Source of the DNA: a virus
Taxonomy: Duplodnaviria > Caudoviricetes
Strand: one strand, 5' to 3'
Length of the DNA: 29,290 bases
Virus record (IMG/VR): IMGVR_UViG_3300038393_000553
Coordinates: 1-29,290 of that record
Made by a program: the position numbers and the translations under genes. The notes beneath the pieces are model-generated. The model made no database searches and had not been told where the DNA came from. It saw only the letters and a list, made by a program, of their open reading frames with translations. Below, in pieces: positions 23,999 through 29,290 of the stretch (positions within the stretch are counted from its first letter, which is position 1; every line of letters begins with the position of its first letter).

Positions 23999-25614
23999 AC
24001 CGCTACTCCTCTTCTACTAGACCGGGTTCTTGCAGTGACCGATCTAGATGTGACGCTCCTGGCGGTCACTGACTTAGAGACGACCGAGTCTGCGGCTCCG
24101 ATATTTGGTGATGCTCTAAACTCTTTCCCATAAAAGTCGAAGCCTCCCAGATTGGCGCCGACGCTTTTTACAGCTGCCTCTTGAGGTCTGTACGCGATAT
24201 CCAGATTTGGATTTACCGACAGATCATTGCCACCAGCCGATATGCCTGAGTAAGCCGTTGTCGCCCCGTGAACGCAGTTATAGTCCGCAGTGATGGACGG
24301 GTTAGCACCTATCGAGAAGCCGGTAGTGCAGTTGTGCAAGATGTTATTGTTAACCGTTATGTTTCCGGTTAGCGCGCTGGTCCCGACCTTCCATATTCCA
24401 ACGTCGCAATTGATGAATGTGTTGTTCTGGACTACGTTTCCAGTTTCTTCCGCTCTGCCGTAAAACACGCCACGATTGCAATTCTCGACCACGTTGCCGA
24501 TATAGCTGGCCCCGGTCGCCGTCCAGATAGCGAGGCCGCATCCGCTGTTCGGATCGCCGGTACTGATCAAATCGGAAATATAGTTACCTGTCGCAAGCCC
24601 GCCGATGGTCAGGTTGTCAAAAAAGATTCCGTTTCCGTCGATCGGATAACCGCCTTGGTAACTAGCTGAGTCAGTCCCCGACCTGATGCCGGATATCGTG
24701 TTGAATGTAATCAAGGGAGACAGGTTCTTTGCTGTCTGAATACCTGCCCCTGTTACATAAGTGCCTCTTACCGTGTTTCCGGTTATGTTGGGAGCATTGA
24801 AGCCCATTACTAGCAGACCGCCGTGCTTGCCGTTATCGCCCGCCACTGTCCCGCAGCTGTGAACTGTGTTACCCGAGATAACCAGCCCTGACGAGTAAAG
24901 GTTAACGACAGTCGTTGTGTCGTTCTTGCACGACCTTAGATAGATCGACGCCCCCGGCGTGCCGTAGACCGTATTGTTCAATATCGTGTAATTCGTAAGC
25001 TGCGAGCTGTCCCAGCCTGCAGACGCAATAGCAAGGTATATGCCGTACAGGCTCGTGTCGCGTACCGTGTTGCCCGATACGATGATGCCGGACGAGTTGA
25101 CTGAGGCGACTGAAATGTTCTGATTGATGCCGGCGATTGACTGCCCGTAAATCGTGTTGTTGATTATGGAGCAGCTCGTGAATGCCGTGCCGCTCCCAAG
25201 TGTTATGCCGGTATCGCCGCCAATGAGCGTACAGCCATCCAGGATGAAGCCAGCAGACGCGGATTGGTAAATGCAGTTATAGCCCGCAGCCGTGCTGGTA
25301 ATACGGAGATTGACTATGGACGTGTAAGACCTGAAAGCGTCCATCCAGCTCGCGCCGGAATACTCAATTGAACCGGGATCGGCGGCGTAATCCCCGCGTA
25401 TCGTTACCCGATTGGCGTTAGAAGTCGCTCCATGCGCTCCAATCGTGGTTTGCGAGGTGTAGGCATGAGCACCGCAAAGGTAGAGCGTGTCTCCCGCATT
25501 AACGCCGGACGCGCCCCAGACGACTTCCGGCCATCCGCCCCAGGCTGTAGCGTAGGATGTGCCATTACGGGTTGAGTTGTGACTTGTATTTGGCCTGACG
25601 TACCAGGTGGTCAT
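23995..25614 (-). CDS. Right-handed parallel beta-helix protein (pectate-lyase-like spike / putative depolymerase)
   Basis: WYVRPN...NGTSYATAW...AGDTLYL N-terminus, many IxxNxI/V Asn-ladder repeats, PNIGA near the C-terminus. Confidence 0.8.
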   Translation of the reverse strand: MTTWYVRPNTSHNSTRNGTSYATAWGGWPEVVWGASGVNAGDTLYLCGAHAYTSQTTIGAHGATSNANRVTIRGDYAADPGSIEYSGASWMDAFRSYTSIVNLRITSTAAGYNCIYQSASAGFILDGCTLIGGDTGITLGSGTAFTSCSIINNTIYGQSIAGINQNISVASVNSSGIIVSGNTVRDTSLYGIYLAIASAGWDSSQLTNYTILNNTVYGTPGASIYLRSCKNDTTTVVNLYSSGLVISGNTVHSCGTVAGDNGKHGGLLVMGFNAPNITGNTVRGTYVTGAGIQTAKNLSPLITFNTISGIRSGTDSASYQGGYPIDGNGIFFDNLTIGGLATGNYISDLISTGDPNSGCGLAIWTATGASYIGNVVENCNRGVFYGRAEETGNVVQNNTFINCDVGIWKVGTSALTGNITVNNNILHNCTTGFSIGANPSITADYNCVHGATTAYSGISAGGNDLSVNPNLDIAYRPQEAAVKSVGANLGGFDFYGKEFRASPNIGAADSVVSKSVTARSVTSRSVTARTRSSRRGVAV

Positions 25615-26009
25615 TACAAGTAGCTAACAGTGATTTTGCTGGCGCCTGCGGTGACGATGGTCAGGCCCGTTGCGAAAGTTATGTCGAATGTGTATGTGCC
25701 TTCGGCTACGCTGGCTTTAAGAACGGCTTTGATAGTGCCACTAGCTGCTGTGTTGTCGTAGACAGTGATGGCTCCAGCTGCTGTTTCTGTTACCACTATA
25801 CTGTGCAGCATACCAGCGCCAGACTTGACGACGGTTGTAGTCGCACTGGATATGTAAGTTCCGCTGCATTTTGCCCCACCCCATGTGCGGTCTAGCGTGG
25901 AATCCTGCCCAGGCTCTACTGCAACATTACATACGTTTATTGCACCTGATGTTCCTTGTGACTCTTCAAGTGCTGACGTGCTGGAATTCTTGTATGCTAG
26001 TGCGGCCAT
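25614..26009 (-). CDS. Small beta-rich structural protein
   Basis: SD TAAGGAG; TVVKSGAGMLHSIVV...ITVYDNTAASG...FATGLTI. Confidence 0.7.
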   Translation of the reverse strand: MAALAYKNSSTSALEESQGTSGAINVCNVAVEPGQDSTLDRTWGGAKCSGTYISSATTTVVKSGAGMLHSIVVTETAAGAITVYDNTAASGTIKAVLKASVAEGTYTFDITFATGLTIVTAGASKITVSYL

Positions 26010-26027
26010 GTTGGGTTTTTCTCCTTA

Positions 26028-27635
26028 TTAGTTTCCCTTTAATGTAGCTGGGCCTCTTGTCTTTGTCAAATACTTCTTGTTTTTTGTTATTGGAAAATCA
26101 GACAGTTTTATTGTTTTTTGTGGTTTACCAGCTCTTGCCATCAAGGCTCTGTAGTCCCTTCCACTTGGAGCGGGGGGCGACACCTTTGGTCGCATGGCTG
26201 CCCGTGGCAGGCGCACGCCTGACAAACCCACCTTGGGTCCCAGCTGTATCGGTTTTACATCCTCAATTGGGTGATGCTCGTACGTCGACTCCTCTTCCGG
26301 TATGTCGACAACAACCACTTCTGGCTCGTAGTGCTTCTCCAAGGGTCTGAACGTCCCTCTACTGCGCCCTGCCCTGCCTGCGTCCGTATCCCATATGTAT
26401 TCTTCCAGGGAGAACGATCCTTGATACGCGGTGAGAGATTGGCCGGTCAGCTGTATTGTGATGCTCTGACCTGTGGACGACGGTGCCAAGTTTCCTTGAG
26501 AACCTGTTAGAGACTGTCCGGAGAGAGACACCGATGTGGCTGGGGATACTGAGCCTTGTGCTGAGGTCAGGGATTGACCCGATATAGCAACTGTGGTTGC
26601 CGGCGCCAGGGTGCCTTGAGAGCTTGTGAGAGTTTGTCCGGAGAGAGCTAGGGTTACATCACCATTGGTTGACAGGGTCCCCTGAGAGCTTGTAAGGGCT
26701 TGGCCGGTTAGGCGCACTGAAGTGCTAGGCACTAGAGTGCCTTGGGAGCTGGTTAGGGATTGCCCAGATAGGGCCTTGGCCGTTCCAGGGGACAGAGTGC
26801 CTTGGGAGCTGGTCAGAGACTGTCCGGATAGAGCCACCGATGTAGATGGCGACAGTGTTCCTTGGCTGCTTGTGAGAGATTGCCCTGTTATCGACGCTGT
26901 TTTATCGGCGGAAGCTGATACTGGGAATATGTGCCTTGCTGGGGCTTTGAATATCTGCCATGGATTGGCTGTGAGAGCTGATATTTCGGCAGTAGATAAT
27001 TTGCCCGCGAAAGCTTGCGCAGTAATCATCTTGTGGGGGCTAGTAGCATCCCCCTTCATTGCGAAGAAAGCCGTGCTTCCCGCAGCTCCGCCATCTTTCG
27101 TGAAGCCTGAAGACCCTACTGATACGTCATCCCAGAAGAATTCGACTGTGGCAGCCGCATCGTCGTAGACTAACGCAACAGAATGAATACTGCCGTCAAC
27201 TACGCCTATCGGCCCTGTGGCTGGCCCTGCCCCATTAAATATTCTATCCAGTCGTAAGCGAATCTGCCCCGGAGCCCATCCATCTGTCTTGAACTCCCAG
27301 CCTACACTAGTGCTGCCGTAGGATAGGAGTGTTTGCAGCGTGTCATAGCGTATTACACCACGCCAGAAGACAGAGAATGACCCTGAGACATACGGATCGA
27401 GTTGCGCTGCTACTTTAGTCCAAGTTGTATTCGCGCTCGGTAGAACATACGCCAACCCACCTGAAGTTGGTGTGAGCGTGCCAATAGTGCCGGCACGTGC
27501 AACGCCACTTACAAGCTCGAAAGTCTGACTCCCGAGTAGCGCGAAACGAGCCTTTGCTCCGATACCGGACTGACTGACAGTCGCAGCATATTGGGGCTGG
27601 CTCGTGAACCTGCCTGGCAGGATTATCGAGCTCAT
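26028..27635 (-). CDS. Fibre-like protein: LamG/concanavalin-like domain, eight ~20-aa repeats and a low-complexity tail
   Basis: FSVFW...DGSIHSVALVYD...FFWDD...LSTAEISALTANPWQIF, followed by repeated LSGQSLTSSQGTL. Confidence 0.7.
   Translation of the reverse strand: MSSIILPGRFTSQPQYAATVSQSGIGAKARFALLGSQTFELVSGVARAGTIGTLTPTSGGLAYVLPSANTTWTKVAAQLDPYVSGSFSVFWRGVIRYDTLQTLLSYGSTSVGWEFKTDGWAPGQIRLRLDRIFNGAGPATGPIGVVDGSIHSVALVYDDAAATVEFFWDDVSVGSSGFTKDGGAAGSTAFFAMKGDATSPHKMITAQAFAGKLSTAEISALTANPWQIFKAPARHIFPVSASADKTASITGQSLTSSQGTLSPSTSVALSGQSLTSSQGTLSPGTAKALSGQSLTSSQGTLVPSTSVRLTGQALTSSQGTLSTNGDVTLALSGQTLTSSQGTLAPATTVAISGQSLTSAQGSVSPATSVSLSGQSLTGSQGNLAPSSTGQSITIQLTGQSLTAYQGSFSLEEYIWDTDAGRAGRSRGTFRPLEKHYEPEVVVVDIPEEESTYEHHPIEDVKPIQLGPKVGLSGVRLPRAAMRPKVSPPAPSGRDYRALMARAGKPQKTIKLSDFPITKNKKYLTKTRGPATLKGN
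26041..26069 (-). promoter_or_regulatory. Putative sigma70 promoter embedded in the 3' end of the 535-aa gene
   Basis: TTGACA-17-TACATT with an A-rich upstream (UP-like) tract. Confidence 0.55.
26412..26900 (-). repeat. Eight degenerate ~60-bp coding repeats ([LI][ST]GQ[SAT]LTxxQG)
   Basis: Counted in the translation; DNA copies are diverged at synonymous sites. Confidence 0.85.
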
Positions 27636-28144
27636 TAGGTCACATCATATTTGATGCCGTTGAAGCTGAACGAGTTCGTGTTACCGGCGTCGGTTTTGAA
27701 AGCAACGGTTGTGCTCTGCGATGCGTACAGGCCCCAGAACTTCGGCATGATCCCACCGAACAGCTGAGCAACGCTGAACGGTGGTATGGGGTAGGTTGTG
27801 TTGCTAGTTGCAGCTAAGACAGGCACAAAAGCTCCCAGCTTCAAACCGCCAAGAACGGTTGAATTGGTAAGAGTTTCCGCGCTATCAGTTCCGTCCAGAA
27901 CGTCGATCGGTGTGGTTGCTAAAGACGTGTCAGACCCCCACACATAAACTGCCAATCCACCTGTTGTAGCCGGTGTGGTGCCCACTATGAAACTGCCGCG
28001 TACAATCGCGTCCACATACTTATTGGCTGTATTGTCAATTTCACTTGACTCACGCCCTGAAATATATGTTGTGGACGACGCTAACGCGGACAAATCCATC
28101 GCTATGGCTGTGTTGGAGCTATATGTCTGGGTTACTGTTGACAT
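27635..28144 (-). CDS. Hypothetical structural protein
   Basis: TAATG-coupled; Ser/Thr-rich and beta-like (FSVAQLFGGIMPKFWG). Confidence 0.7.
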   Translation of the reverse strand: MSTVTQTYSSNTAIAMDLSALASSTTYISGRESSEIDNTANKYVDAIVRGSFIVGTTPATTGGLAVYVWGSDTSLATTPIDVLDGTDSAETLTNSTVLGGLKLGAFVPVLAATSNTTYPIPPFSVAQLFGGIMPKFWGLYASQSTTVAFKTDAGNTNSFSFNGIKYDVT

Positions 28145-28695
28145 TATGAGGCTCTCACCACATCAATCTGTTGGTAGCTTACAGTTCCCTCGAACACCGC
28201 CGTGGAGGGAGTTGCATTTGTTCCGTTGCCTCCAGTGGCCAGAAGCTTTTCCAATCTGGTGGCCTTACGTTGCATGGCCAGTCTTACATTCAACCAGCCT
28301 GCCGAGCGAGCAACGCCACCTTGCCCCGAAGGGTAGTTAAGCAGACAGTCTTGCAGCCCTGCTTGTATGTTGGCCTTCGCGGCGTTGATACGGTCCCTGC
28401 CCTGCAGGAGTATCTGCACGTTGAACTGCTTTCCTTGGCATGCCAATGCTCGGTTAAGCCACAGCTGCGTCCCATCTGCAGCGTCTGCGGGAGTCATGTT
28501 TGCCCAGTTAATCGCGTCATAAATATCGTTTGCAGGGGTTGAGCTGTTCCACACGAAAAAATCCGGAGACGCAAGCAAGTTGTACAGACGAGCTATTTCG
28601 AACGAACCGTCGGAATTCTGGGGTTGCGCAGACATAGTCGGGTCTGCCAGGATGTCATCTTTGATTGTTGCGATTTGTGCGGGTGTGAGTTCCAT
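28144..28695 (-). CDS. Hypothetical phage protein
   Basis: LTPAQIATIKDDI...IARLYN...RKATRLEKL; coupled to the downstream gene. Confidence 0.7.
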   Translation of the reverse strand: MELTPAQIATIKDDILADPTMSAQPQNSDGSFEIARLYNLLASPDFFVWNSSTPANDIYDAINWANMTPADAADGTQLWLNRALACQGKQFNVQILLQGRDRINAAKANIQAGLQDCLLNYPSGQGGVARSAGWLNVRLAMQRKATRLEKLLATGGNGTNATPSTAVFEGTVSYQQIDVVRAS

Positions 28696-28707
28696 AAATT
28701 TTACCTG

Positions 28708-29163
28708 TTAGGATAGACGCAGTAATCCGGTAGTTTGGTCGTTGGTGGGCATGGTTAAGGTGAAATTGCCTGCCGTCACCGTCTGGGAGCTGAATGTCTG
28801 CACGAGACAGGCTTTGTTACTTTGCGTGCTGTTGTAGATCAGGCAGCAATCGAAAGCCGTGCTGAGCGTAACCGTGGTCCAGGAAAAGCTTGCCGAAGGG
28901 GTCCAATAGCTTGTGTTAGACGCGTTAGCCGGTGCGTTTGCGTTGGTTACGGTTACACCACCAGCTGTATAGTTCGTTCCAGATACCTCACCTGTAGCCG
29001 AATACGCGGTCGTGGACGCATTAACGGTTGCAGACGCCAAATACAGTGCTGCTTTGAACGTATCCGCCGCGGTGCTGCCGCGGGTCACCGAGGTCCCAAA
29101 GGCGTGATGCCCATTGAGCAATTCGGTCTTGAAACTGTTTGGTATAGCTTGTGTGTTTGCCAC
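28708..29163 (-). CDS. Hypothetical structural protein
   Basis: SD GGAGG + GTG; SFKTELL...FKAALY...TTAYSATGEVSGTNYTAGG...LIYN...GNFTLTMP. Confidence 0.75.
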   Translation of the reverse strand: MANTQAIPNSFKTELLNGHHAFGTSVTRGSTAADTFKAALYLASATVNASTTAYSATGEVSGTNYTAGGVTVTNANAPANASNTSYWTPSASFSWTTVTLSTAFDCCLIYNSTQSNKACLVQTFSSQTVTAGNFTLTMPTNDQTTGLLRLS

Positions 29164-29173
29164 TTATGCCTCC

Positions 29174-29290
29174 CTATGCGAATTCTGCTTGCTTGGCGCC
29201 TATGCAAAGCCCCTTTTTGTCGTAAACGTGAACGCTCCTGCGAACTATTTCACCGTTGTACCTGTACACCTCAGCCATGGTGATGTTGTT
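29174..29290 (-). CDS. 3' end of a hypothetical phage protein (truncated by the window)
   Basis: Open frame NNITMAEVYRYNGEIVRRSVHVYDKKGLCIGAKQAEFA*, ending just before the SD of the next gene. Confidence 0.6.
   Translation of the reverse strand, partial: NNITMAEVYRYNGEIVRRSVHVYDKKGLCIGAKQAEFA

Noticed and set aside
26412-26900. CRISPR-like array
   Set aside because: The repeats are in-frame coding repeats diverged at synonymous positions, without unique spacers.
1-29290. Stop-codon reassignment
   Set aside because: Genes tile densely under the standard code, and TAA, TAG and TGA all end genes at coupled junctions.

Overview
The window is about 29 kb of a tailed dsDNA phage with a podovirus-like virion module. 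The host is Gram-negative (SAR endolysin plus embedded spanins), plausibly a proteobacterium. The + strand (1-3330) carries the end of the replication arm: an AEP-primase/DUF927 helicase that starts before the window, followed by three small translationally coupled genes. One of these, a 59-aa ORF missed by the ORF track, resembles the DfrB/R67 type II dihydrofolate reductase SH3 fold. The - strand (29290 to 3325) is the late arm. In transcription order it holds: accessory structural genes (LamG-like protein with 20-aa repeats, beta-helix spike), scaffold, major capsid, decoration protein, two adaptor-like proteins, a lysis cassette interrupted by extra ORFs, a moron-like cassette with its own promoter and terminator, tail fibre and chaperone, tail nozzle, a GNAT acetyltransferase, two ejection-type proteins (one ending in a peptidase-S74 autocleavage domain), and a 2240-aa polyvalent protein with an ADP-ribosyltransferase (ART-PolyVal-like) domain and a PLxRFG domain. 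I saw no tRNA, CRISPR array, integrase or reverse transcriptase. All family calls come from recognising motifs by eye; no database searches were run.
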